Assembly: GCA_963674745.2 (NCBI GenBank)
Contig: CAXXDV010000003.1
Coordinates: 384,001-448,000, forward strand
Length of the DNA: 64,000 nt
Direction: 5' to 3'
From: Desulfosudaceae bacterium
GTDB lineage: Bacteria; Desulfobacterota; Desulfobacteria; Desulfobacterales; Desulfosudaceae
Numbering within the stretch: the stretch's first letter is position 1; every line of letters starts with the position of its first letter. A program made the translations under genes and the position numbers. Positions 37,794 through 47,035 of this stretch are shown here, piece by piece. Below the pieces are notes generated by a model that did no database searches, had not been told where the DNA came from, and saw only the letters and a program-made list of their open reading frames with translations.

Positions 37794-39476
37794 ATGTTTC
37801 TACCCACCACGCCAAATGAACTCGAACAACTAGGCTGGAAGTCCCTGGATATTATCCTGGTCAGCGGCGATGCCTATATTGATTCGCCACATGTCGGTGT
37901 AGCGGTTATCGGTAAGACCCTGGTGAACGCCGGTTACCGGGTGGGCATCATCGCTCAGCCGGACACCTCCGGGCAAACGGATATCACCCGGTTGGGAGAG
38001 CCTGCTTTGTTCTGGGGTGTCACCGCCGGGTGCGTTGACTCCATGATTTCCAATTACACAGCTTCCGGGAAGAAGCGGAACATGGACGATCTGACCGCCG
38101 GCGGTCGAAACACCCGGCGTCCGGACCGGGCCGTGATCGTATATACCAATCTCATCCGGCGCTGGTTTAAAAACACCCGGCCTGTTATTATCGGTGGTAT
38201 AGAAGCCAGTCTGCGTCGTATTTCCCATTATGATTACTGGTCAGACCGTGTCCGCCGATCCATATTGTTTGATGCCAAGGCGGATATCCTGGTGTATGGA
38301 ATGGGGGAGAAAACCGTTCTCGAGCTGGCCGATCGTATCCGGGACAACAGGCCGTTTACGGATGTGAGGGGCATCTGCTATGCATCCCGCCAACGGATAG
38401 ATGGTTTTCTGGAATTGCCCGCACATGACAGGGCCGTGAGAGATAAAGCGGCTTTCGCCGACATGTTCTCCATTTTTTATCAAAACAGTGACCCGGTTAC
38501 GGCCCAGGGGCTTTACCAGAAGCAGGATACCCGTTACCTGGTTCAGAATCCTCCGCAATGGCCGCTTTCCACTGCCGATCTGGACCGGATTTATGAGCTT
38601 GATTATGAGCGGCGTGTTCACCCCGGTCATCAGGCCGAAGGCCCGGTCCGGGCGCTTGACACCATCGGATTTTCCATCACATCTCACCGTGGTTGCTGCG
38701 GCGAATGCGGATTCTGCTCTATCGCAGTCCACCAGGGAAGGCAGGTGGTCTCCCGCAGCGAAGCTTCCATTCTAAAAGAAGCACGCCTTCTGACCCGGCA
38801 TCCCGACTTTAAAGGCATTGTTCAGGATGTCGGGGGCCCGACCGCCAATATGTACGGTATTGACTGCAATTTGTGGGGAAAACGCGGGGTCTGCCGGGAT
38901 AAAAATTGTCTGACACCATCTCCCTGCAAAGGGCTTTCTCCGGGGCATCTACATCAGATCCGTCTTTTGCGGAAAATCAGAGCGATTCCGGATATCAAAA
39001 AGGTATTCATCGGCTCCGGTATCCGTCATGATCTTGTGGTCGGAGACCGGAAACACGGGCCGGCCTATCTGGAAGAAATCGTCGCCCACCATATTTCCGG
39101 CCAGGTTAAAGTCGCCCCGGAACATTCTCAATCGCATGTCCTGAATCTGATGGGCAAACCCGAGGCGGTATTACTGCAACAATTCGCGGGCCATTTCAAA
39201 CGGCTGAACGATAAACTGAAGAAAAAACAATTTCTGACCTGTTATTTTATCGCTGCTTATCCTGGTTGTACCTATGATGACATGATGGCCCTTAAAAATT
39301 TTGTTCGAAACACTCTGGGGTTCAAGCCGCAACAGGTCCAGATATTCACGCCTTCACCATCCACTGTGGCCACCGTCATGTACTATACGGAAAAATCTTT
39401 TCCCGACGGCACCCCCCTGTTTGTTGAAAAGAACATCAGGAAAAAAGAACAGCAGAAAAAGGTGCTTCTGTCCTGA
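37794..39476 (+). CDS. YgiQ/UPF0313 family radical SAM protein
   Basis: FLPTT..E...LGW; GDAYIDSP; HRGCCGECGFC; DVGGPTANMY. Confidence 0.9.
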   Translation: MFLPTTPNELEQLGWKSLDIILVSGDAYIDSPHVGVAVIGKTLVNAGYRVGIIAQPDTSGQTDITRLGEPALFWGVTAGCVDSMISNYTASGKKRNMDDLTAGGRNTRRPDRAVIVYTNLIRRWFKNTRPVIIGGIEASLRRISHYDYWSDRVRRSILFDAKADILVYGMGEKTVLELADRIRDNRPFTDVRGICYASRQRIDGFLELPAHDRAVRDKAAFADMFSIFYQNSDPVTAQGLYQKQDTRYLVQNPPQWPLSTADLDRIYELDYERRVHPGHQAEGPVRALDTIGFSITSHRGCCGECGFCSIAVHQGRQVVSRSEASILKEARLLTRHPDFKGIVQDVGGPTANMYGIDCNLWGKRGVCRDKNCLTPSPCKGLSPGHLHQIRLLRKIRAIPDIKKVFIGSGIRHDLVVGDRKHGPAYLEEIVAHHISGQVKVAPEHSQSHVLNLMGKPEAVLLQQFAGHFKRLNDKLKKKQFLTCYFIAAYPGCTYDDMMALKNFVRNTLGFKPQQVQIFTPSPSTVATVMYYTEKSFPDGTPLFVEKNIRKKEQQKKVLLS

Positions 39477-39478
39477 GA

Positions 39479-40348
39479 TTAATCGGCCATGATGATGATG
39501 ACAGCGGCCCCGGCGAACATCAGGGCCGCACCTGCCAGGCGGTTTTTGATATTCTCTTCCCGGAAAACAAGCCCGCCGTAAATAACACCGAAAACAATGC
39601 TCAGCCGTTTAATGGACATCATGTAGGCGGCTTTGACCATGGAGATGGCAAAGCCGTGGCAGATGATGTGAATGGCTGCGAGTAAACCCAACAGTCCGCC
39701 TTTAAAAGGATGCTGAAGAAATGAGCGGAGGCGGATTTTTCGAAACAGCCCAAAGACAATGATCATCACCAGCGTCAAGACAATAAAGAATAATGTCTGG
39801 AAGTATAAGGGCGAAGAATGGAGGATGGCCTTTTTGCCGATGACCGACGAAAGGCTGAAAATAAATGAGACGATCAGCATCAGCCAGGAACCGGTTTCTC
39901 TGAAAACGGCCAGCAGCGGATCGACGAAATTTCTGTCTTTGGCGGTGATGTTCAGCACATAACCGCCGCCGCAGACCATGACGATTCCGAGCATTCCCCA
40001 TCGGTTAACCTGTTCACCTAAAAAAAGATATCCGGTGCCGATGATGAAAACCGGTGTAAAAGCTAGGTAGGGCACCGTCAGGGACATGGGTGAGATTTTA
40101 ATGGCTTGCATGTAAAACACCAGGGGCACCAGGGTCAGGGGCATGCTGACGGCAAATAGCAGATAAAATTCTTTGTCCAGCGGTGGCCGGTCGACCCACA
40201 GGAAGCAGGCGACCATTACCGGTGCGGCATACACCAGAGGCAGCAGCGTCATCTCAAAAGGCGTCAGATGAGAAAACCATTTTTTTACGCCTGTATCGCA
40301 CGAGGATACTGCCAGGGCGGTCGCCAGAGATAGGAAAAACCAGGTCAT
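39479..40348 (-). CDS. DMT/EamA family transporter
   Basis: About 10 TMs in two repeats; MSIKRLSIVF..FREE. Confidence 0.85.
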   Translation of the reverse strand: MTWFFLSLATALAVSSCDTGVKKWFSHLTPFEMTLLPLVYAAPVMVACFLWVDRPPLDKEFYLLFAVSMPLTLVPLVFYMQAIKISPMSLTVPYLAFTPVFIIGTGYLFLGEQVNRWGMLGIVMVCGGGYVLNITAKDRNFVDPLLAVFRETGSWLMLIVSFIFSLSSVIGKKAILHSSPLYFQTLFFIVLTLVMIIVFGLFRKIRLRSFLQHPFKGGLLGLLAAIHIICHGFAISMVKAAYMMSIKRLSIVFGVIYGGLVFREENIKNRLAGAALMFAGAAVIIIMAD

Positions 40349-40947
40349 GAAGCGGACGATTCCCTTTTGCCGTAAACAAAAAAACGCATGGCTTCACGCA
40401 GGGCAAAAGCACCGTGCATATATAAAGCCCCCAGCCAGAAGGGAACATTTACGATTTCCGGCCGGCGATAGTGCACCAGCTCGAATTCAGCCAGGGCGCC
40501 TTCGGCAAGCATTCCTGACACTGCCAGGACCAGGGCCAGCCCGAACAGAAACAGTTTTTCATAGGTGAAGGCCAGTCTCAGGAAAAAAGCCCCATAAAAG
40601 ATAAACGACAATAACATGGGCTCCCGGTTGCCGAATCCGCTCAGAAGATAGACCAGGCCGAAAGAGATCATGGCCTCGATGCAGGCGTCAAAAGTACCGG
40701 GTACGGTTGATCGTTCATGGGGGATGGTCCCAGGCAGTAATTTTGTTATCCAGAAATAACCGGCAGCCATGGTGATAAAGGTAAGAAAAAAAAGGGGAAA
40801 GACCCAGACCGCCTGTTTGAACAGCCAGGGGTCCGGATAAACCAGCGTACCCGTATGCGCGTGAATGGCGTCACAGAAGGTGGCCAGCGCGGCAGCCATC
40901 AGGGCCAGCGGCAACATGGCAATGTAAGAATTCGCAGGTTTAGGCAT
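40345..40947 (-). CDS. Hypothetical polytopic membrane protein with internal duplication
   Basis: Two similar halves (..YPDPWL..VWVFPLF / ..YRRPEI..VPFWL..LY); overlaps the start of the EamA gene; SD ggagga. Confidence 0.7.
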   Translation of the reverse strand: MPKPANSYIAMLPLALMAAALATFCDAIHAHTGTLVYPDPWLFKQAVWVFPLFFLTFITMAAGYFWITKLLPGTIPHERSTVPGTFDACIEAMISFGLVYLLSGFGNREPMLLSFIFYGAFFLRLAFTYEKLFLFGLALVLAVSGMLAEGALAEFELVHYRRPEIVNVPFWLGALYMHGAFALREAMRFFVYGKRESSAS

Positions 40948-41305
40948 TAACAGTTCCTCCTAAAAATCTTGTGGTCAGGTTGGGTTATGTGTTTGAGCTT
41001 ATCCTGTTTCATACCATATCGTATTGTTCCCTAAAACAGATATTTAAGTGCCGCGGAAAGTGATTATCTAAAAAGGATTTGGATGACGACTGGAAAATTC
41101 GTTTATATTAAATATCTTTTGCCGCTGACAGCCCCTGTTTTTGATTTAATGAAACCATTTATATATATAGAGAAAAAATGTTTCCAGATTATTTTTGACA
41201 ATAGTGGTTTAAACATGATTACCATAATAAAACAGATTGTTTGTTTTAAATAATACCGATACGGCTTTTTAGCTTTCAGGGAGGGTGCCTTTTTAAGGCA
41301 GAAAA

Positions 41306-41833
41306 ATGATATCTGACGGATATGTTCATCTATATACCGGAAACGGCAAGGGGAAAACAACGGCCGCCCTCGGTCTGGCCTTGCGCATGGCCGGCAGTGG
41401 CGGCAGTACACGGATTGTTCAGTTTATGAAAGGACAGCACTACAGCGAGCTTGAGGCCGTCAAAAAACTGGGCGGTCTAATTGAAATCGAACAGTACGGC
41501 AGTCCGGATTTCTGTGTTCCCGAAGCAAACGATCTGCCGATTCATCGCGAATTCGCACAACGCGGACTGGCCCGGGCCAGGGAAACGGTGGCTGACACGT
41601 CCCTGTCCCTGGTTGTACTGGATGAAATCGTAACAGCTGTTTATTTTACGTTGGTTACACTTGATGACGTAATGGATCTGATGGCGGCCAGACACCCGGG
41701 TCTGGAGCTGGTTCTGACCGGTCGTTACGCGCCGTCGTTGTTGATCGAAAAATGTGACCTGGTCACGGAAATGAAGGAACTCCGTCATTATTACAAGGCC
41801 GGGGTTGAGGCTCGAAAAGGAATAGAATGTTAA
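41306..41833 (+). CDS. btuR: Cob(I)yrinic acid a,c-diamide adenosyltransferase (CobO/BtuR)
   Basis: YTGNGKGKTTAA, QFMKG, LDEI, LTGR, ARKGIE. Confidence 0.9.
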   Translation: MISDGYVHLYTGNGKGKTTAALGLALRMAGSGGSTRIVQFMKGQHYSELEAVKKLGGLIEIEQYGSPDFCVPEANDLPIHREFAQRGLARARETVADTSLSLVVLDEIVTAVYFTLVTLDDVMDLMAARHPGLELVLTGRYAPSLLIEKCDLVTEMKELRHYYKAGVEARKGIEC

Positions 41834-41843
41834 AGGGGATGAA

Positions 41844-42632
41844 ATGATGACAACCATGACGCAAAACGGTATCAGTTTTATGGCCAAACCCTGGCCGCTT
41901 GATTCAAATCGGCCGACCCTGGTGTTCATTCACGGTTCGGCCATGTCCGGTGCCTCCTGGCAGGCCCAGGTGGATGGCCTCTCGAAAGAATTCAATACGA
42001 TTGCTTTAGACCTGCCGGGGCACGGGCAAAGCCCTGGAGACGGGCATGACAACATTCCGGCTTACGCAGAAGCCGCTATGGCTTTTATCGAGGCTGTTGA
42101 ACCGCCGCGTCCCGTGCCCTGCGGCCTCAGTCTGGGCGGTGCGGTAGTCCAGCAGCTGCTGATCAATTACCCTGACCGGTTTGCCGCCGGAATATTAATT
42201 AATACCGGTGCCCGGCTGCGGGTATTGCCCCTGATTTTCGAGGCAATTCGCGACAATTATGATGGCTTTGTGCAAATGACGCATCTCGGCGGAGTGGCGG
42301 CCGGTAATCAGTCGCCGGCCATGGCGGAGACGATCCGTGATTTGATGAAATGCTCGCCTGAAGTGGCTGAAAAGGATTTTACGGCCTGCGATTCGTTTGA
42401 TGCCATGGCCCGCCTTTCTGAAATCAACCTGCCGGTCCTGGTCATCAGCGGCAATGATGATACCACCACACCTCCCAAGTATGCCGCCTACCTGGCCGAA
42501 CATATTCCCCGGGCAGAACTGGTGACTGTCCCTGATGCCGCTCACCTGGCGCCGCTTGAACAGCCACAGGCGGTCAACCGGGCCATCGCTGATTTTTTGA
42601 ATCACAAGGGATTTTCATCCGGAAACGGATGA
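41844..42632 (+). CDS. Alpha/beta hydrolase
   Basis: FIHGS, DLPGHG, GLSLGG nucleophile elbow, D..., AAH. Confidence 0.88.
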   Translation: MMTTMTQNGISFMAKPWPLDSNRPTLVFIHGSAMSGASWQAQVDGLSKEFNTIALDLPGHGQSPGDGHDNIPAYAEAAMAFIEAVEPPRPVPCGLSLGGAVVQQLLINYPDRFAAGILINTGARLRVLPLIFEAIRDNYDGFVQMTHLGGVAAGNQSPAMAETIRDLMKCSPEVAEKDFTACDSFDAMARLSEINLPVLVISGNDDTTTPPKYAAYLAEHIPRAELVTVPDAAHLAPLEQPQAVNRAIADFLNHKGFSSGNG

Positions 42633-42652
42633 GGTCGTTTTACGGTTTGCGG

Positions 42653-43900
42653 TTACAGATTTTCGGCGTGGACCAGGATGTTTTTGTTGATGCTGATATT
42701 GATGTCCGGTGAAAAGAGATCGTGGGGACGTTCAGCAAAGGGCAGAAAAACCAGGGTGACACGTCGGGGAGAGATCCCGATTTCCGAAAACCGGGGCAGC
42801 CAGGTGTGGGCCGGTCGCATAATGGCTGCCAGCGTGATTTTAATGCTTTCCAATCCTTCGGAAGCCGGCAGGGTTATGGGATGAATAGGGTGCTTGTCGA
42901 TGGTTTCGACCAGGTCGGCCTGAGGCTGGGCAAAAGCCAGTTGCAGGTTGAGGCGATGGAAGATATCCCCCCGGATTTTAAAGGCCGGTGACCAGAAGAA
43001 AAAAGGCCTTTCTTTCCATTCCGGCTGAATGACCCGGGGCAGGTTGGCCAGTTCAACCAGGTCGGCATAAGAAGCCAGCGGCGCGCCGCTGATGGCCGCT
43101 TCCATACGCCAGAATGGCAGGTAGATCGCATTCGGATTGTCCGATTCCACACGCCCGAAGCGTACCCTGACCAGTTGCCGGCGACGTGGTCGCCACAGGC
43201 TCTGACAGTTACGACAGACCAGCGTCAGCGACTGACTGGCGCCGTCCAGATCCCATCCACAGGAAGGACACAAACCGGGTATGAAAACGGTTTCTTGTTC
43301 CGGACGGCAGGATGCCATTTCACCAAATTCAAGATTTTCGGCCGGGCCGGAGGCCCGGACAGGCTCGTTGAGTATCCCGTCATACAACCGGTTGCTTTTG
43401 ATATAGACAGGTGAATAAATCAAGCTGGCGGTTTCACCGATGTATTCCCTGAAAACCGTATCGAAATCAAACTGTATTATCCGGCTGAGGTATTCGAGTT
43501 CATCCATGGCCGCTTTTAACCGGCAGGGCTTTAGAAAACGGCCCTGGTTCTCGGCGGAAACCAGTTTAAGCGGTAAGGCCTGGGCACGGACCCCCAGCGA
43601 TGTGGGAAGCGAACCGGGAAAAGGGGATAACGCGACACGGCTGATGTCCAGGTATTTGTTGGTTATCCCGTTTTCAATCGAGCTTGAGAAAAGTGTGCCT
43701 TTAAACCGCCAGTAAGGAACATAGATGACTTCCACGTTTTCGGGCATGCTTTTCGATGGTGAAAACAGAAATCGGAAATAACCTTTCTGATCAATACAGG
43801 AACGGACCCGGCAGTAAGGACAGGCAAAAAACCGGTCCGCTTCGTTTAAAGTGATCGGCGCGCCACACTGAGGGCATTGATGCGTGACCTGAAACTGGAT
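42653..43900 (-). CDS. Zinc-ribbon-containing hypothetical protein, probably starting at ATC 43900 (ORF track starts at 43747)
   Basis: Frame is open upstream of 43747 and encodes CPQCG..CPYC; GGAGG lies 5 nt before the ATC; internal CPSCG..CRNC. Confidence 0.7.
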   Translation of the reverse strand: MQFQVTHQCPQCGAPITLNEADRFFACPYCRVRSCIDQKGYFRFLFSPSKSMPENVEVIYVPYWRFKGTLFSSSIENGITNKYLDISRVALSPFPGSLPTSLGVRAQALPLKLVSAENQGRFLKPCRLKAAMDELEYLSRIIQFDFDTVFREYIGETASLIYSPVYIKSNRLYDGILNEPVRASGPAENLEFGEMASCRPEQETVFIPGLCPSCGWDLDGASQSLTLVCRNCQSLWRPRRRQLVRVRFGRVESDNPNAIYLPFWRMEAAISGAPLASYADLVELANLPRVIQPEWKERPFFFWSPAFKIRGDIFHRLNLQLAFAQPQADLVETIDKHPIHPITLPASEGLESIKITLAAIMRPAHTWLPRFSEIGISPRRVTLVFLPFAERPHDLFSPDINISINKNILVHAENL

Positions 43901-43913
43901 GGCGGCCTCCGAT

Positions 43914-45068
43914 TTAATCCGATGTCAGTTTTTCACCGCAGTTGTCGCAGAAAAGCGCTTCGGGCAGATTTTCGTTGCCGCACTTGGCGCATGTCAACGG
44001 TGCCTTTTTCTCGGCGGTTGCATGTCCGCAGCGGGGGCAGAAGTTGGCGCCGGGCGTGATGTTTTTGCCGCAGTTTTCACATTTTTTGAAAATAACCTGC
44101 TGATGTCCGCATTGTGGACAGAACCTGGCATCTGCGGGAATGACATTTTGGCATTCCGGGCAGGCGACTGTCGGGGGCGCGGTGCTGCCGCCTGATGCAG
44201 CCTGGTTCTGTTGCCCTGAAAAATATTGGGAGAACAGGCCGGGCAGCATGACGCCCAGCCCCATGCCCATGCCGGCGCCCGCACCGGTACCGTCTTCGGA
44301 CCCCTGGGCCGCTTTTTCCATGGCCATTGCGGCCTTCATCTGCAGCAGCTTGTTCATGTCGTCAAAGACGCCCATGCGGCTGCGGTCGTCTATGGCGGCC
44401 TGCACTTCAGGCGGAGGGGTTATGGCGTTGATATAGAGCTCCGAAAGGGCAAGGCCGAATTTGCTGAAGTCTTCTTTTAATTTCAGGGCCAGGCCGTCGG
44501 CCAGTTCGTTATAGCTGGACGGCAGATCCAGGATGGTCTTGATGTGATCGCCGATGTAATCGTTGAAGCGGGAGACGATGACCCGATTCAGATAATCTTC
44601 AATGGCGTCGGTGGTATACTTTCCCTGCGTACCCACCAGGCTGTTGATAAACAGTGCCGGTTGAACAATACGGATGTTAAAGATACCAAAAGCCCTGAGA
44701 CGGACCAGGCCCAGTTCGGCATCCTTGAAGGCCACTGGATCCCGGGTGCCCCATTTCAGGTTGGTAAAGGTCTTCAGGTTGGTGAAATAAACTTCAGCCC
44801 TCAAGGGGCTGGACATACCCCAGGGCAGGCTGATGATTTTCGTCAGCAGGGGGATGTTGGCGGTTTTAAGCGTATGACGGCCCGGTCCAAAGGCCCCCAC
44901 AGCCCGCCCCTGATAGAAAAATACGGCTGCCTGGCTTTCCCTGACCGTTAATTGGGCGCCGTACTTGATTTCTCCGGAGCCTGTTTCGGGCAGGCGCTGA
45001 ACCAGTTCTTTGCCGGTATCATCGAACCATTCCAGATTTTCCAGAAAGATGAGGTTGTTGCTTCCCAT
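43914..45068 (-). CDS. SPFH/band-7 domain protein with C-terminal double zinc ribbons (YdjI-like)
   Basis: LTVRESQAAVF, KWGT..P, GMGMG, repeated CxxC..FCxxCG. Confidence 0.88.
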   Translation of the reverse strand: MGSNNLIFLENLEWFDDTGKELVQRLPETGSGEIKYGAQLTVRESQAAVFFYQGRAVGAFGPGRHTLKTANIPLLTKIISLPWGMSSPLRAEVYFTNLKTFTNLKWGTRDPVAFKDAELGLVRLRAFGIFNIRIVQPALFINSLVGTQGKYTTDAIEDYLNRVIVSRFNDYIGDHIKTILDLPSSYNELADGLALKLKEDFSKFGLALSELYINAITPPPEVQAAIDDRSRMGVFDDMNKLLQMKAAMAMEKAAQGSEDGTGAGAGMGMGLGVMLPGLFSQYFSGQQNQAASGGSTAPPTVACPECQNVIPADARFCPQCGHQQVIFKKCENCGKNITPGANFCPRCGHATAEKKAPLTCAKCGNENLPEALFCDNCGEKLTSD

Positions 45069-45278
45069 GGGTATCGTCTCCTTGAATTGCTATCGGTTGT
45101 GTGATGCGATACAGTCCCCGTAATATGGAGGGCTTGATCCGGGTTATCATTATTGCCATTCCGGATTTAAAGTGTTTCGAAATTAATATTCCGCAGCCCC
45201 CATAATGTAATACTCTTTATAATGTTACCCTATTTTATAAGATGTGTCCAGATCCGGACAGAATGACAAATATTCGGG

Positions 45279-46721
45279 CTATAGAACCGGAGAGAACAGG
45301 CTGGCCAGCCGGACCAGGAGCCTGAACAGTAAGGTGGTTTTGTCGTCCGGGTAGAGGACCTGCCGGCTTTGATCCATATCGTTTTTCAGAATGTTTTCCA
45401 CCCGTGCGGTAAAATTCCGGTTTTTGATCACCATGTTCATTTCGAAGTTCAGATAAAAAGACCGGTTATCGAAATTGGCACTGCCGATAACCGAGGTGTG
45501 ATTATCGATAATCATCACTTTCTGATGCATGAAACCGGGCAGATATCGGTATATGGTGATGCCCGGGACGGACAGAAGCCGGGAAAAGTAAGCAAAAGAG
45601 GCCAGATAGACAATTATTTTATCCGGTCGGCCGGGTAGGATGATTCTGACGTCAACCCCCTTTAAAGCCGCTACCTGAAGGGCGTTGACGATACCTTCGT
45701 CAGGGACGAAATAAGGACTGGCGATCCAGATGCGTTTTTTGGCCGAAAGAATGGCATGTAAAAAAAAGAGAAGACAGGTATCCAGGTATTGACTGGGGTC
45801 GGTGGCCAGCGGCAGAATGTTCATATCACCTGCCGGGGCCGGGTGAACGTTCCAGGCAATATCCAGCTTTTTACGGACCGCCCAGAACCAGTCGGCGTTG
45901 AATGCAAGTTGCAGCCCGAGCACAGAGGGGCCTTCGACCATGACATGGGTATCCCGCCAGGCGCCGTATCTTCTTTTTCTGCCCAGGTATTCATCACCGA
46001 CGTTGTGGCCGCCCACGAAACCGATTTTTCCGTCAACCACGACAATTTTACGATGATTGCGGAAATTGATCTGAAACCGGTTGCGTAATCCCCGGGTTGT
46101 GGAAAAAGGGTGAATCTCCACACCGGCCTGGCGCAGACGATTAACATAATTGCCGGAAAGCTTTCGCGATCCGATTTCGTCATAAAGAAAGTATATCTTT
46201 ACACCTTCTCCCGCTTTCTTGATCAGCAGTTGCTGCAGTTGCTGACCAATACGATCATGCCGGATAATAAAAAATTCAATGAGCAGGTAGTGTTTTGCGG
46301 AATCAATGCTATTGAACAGGGCGTCAAAAGTTTCCGGGCCGTTTACGAGTAGGTCGGCCTTGTTTTTTCCGGTAAACGGTATGCCGGCCAGATGGACGTA
46401 AACCTCATCGCCGGCCTCAATACCGACTTGATGGTAATCGGCAGGCGGTGCATACCGTTCCATTTTTTTTAAGGCACGCTCCACCTGGTGATGCGACTGG
46501 ATGTTGCCGGCACGTAATATCTCAACATAACCGTAGAATTTGTTGCGCCCAAAGACCCAGTACAGGGGCAGGGCGACCCAGGGCATGACGATGAGGGTGA
46601 TGGCCCAGGCGATGGCACCGCGGGCTGAACGGGTGAGCAGAATGGCGTGCATGGCAGTGATAATGCCAAGAATTTCAACGATCAGTATAATAATGGTAAG
46701 TGCCGGCTTAATTAATTCCAT
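45279..46721 (-). CDS. cls: Cardiolipin synthase
   Basis: Two N-terminal TMs; two HKD motifs (NHRKIVVVDG, HQKVMIID); SPYFVP. Confidence 0.92.
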   Translation of the reverse strand: MELIKPALTIIILIVEILGIITAMHAILLTRSARGAIAWAITLIVMPWVALPLYWVFGRNKFYGYVEILRAGNIQSHHQVERALKKMERYAPPADYHQVGIEAGDEVYVHLAGIPFTGKNKADLLVNGPETFDALFNSIDSAKHYLLIEFFIIRHDRIGQQLQQLLIKKAGEGVKIYFLYDEIGSRKLSGNYVNRLRQAGVEIHPFSTTRGLRNRFQINFRNHRKIVVVDGKIGFVGGHNVGDEYLGRKRRYGAWRDTHVMVEGPSVLGLQLAFNADWFWAVRKKLDIAWNVHPAPAGDMNILPLATDPSQYLDTCLLFFLHAILSAKKRIWIASPYFVPDEGIVNALQVAALKGVDVRIILPGRPDKIIVYLASFAYFSRLLSVPGITIYRYLPGFMHQKVMIIDNHTSVIGSANFDNRSFYLNFEMNMVIKNRNFTARVENILKNDMDQSRQVLYPDDKTTLLFRLLVRLASLFSPVL

Positions 46722-46809
46722 AATTATAAGGTTGCCTGCAACGATAAGATTTTTATAAATATATGTATGCTATAAACTGATTTTGGTAAATTTGTCCAGA
46801 GATAAAGCA

Positions 46810-46875
46810 TAAAGGTTTTAAAGTGTTAGGGTTTTATGGTGTTAATGTGGTTAAGTGTTTATGTGGTTAGGTGAT
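46810..46875 (+). repeat. Array of degenerate 8-mers (TTAnGTGn family)
   Basis: ttaaagtg ttagggtt ttatggtg ... ttaagtgt ttatgtgg ttaggtga. Confidence 0.8.
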
Positions 46876-47035
46876 CGTGAGGGCGTTTCTAATGGGTGTC
46901 AGGGGCGTAGGGCCGACCCGCCGGCTGCCCTTACAGATGGGTGACACGGGCGGGGCATCAACCGGGACCGGTCCGGAATCAAATTTTAAAAAAACAGGGC
47001 TTGTAAAGTGTTGTTGCCTAAAAGGGGATAGATAA

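Noticed and set aside
40948..41305. Cobalamin riboswitch upstream of btuR/cobO
   Set aside because: AT-rich promoter-like DNA without B12-box motifs
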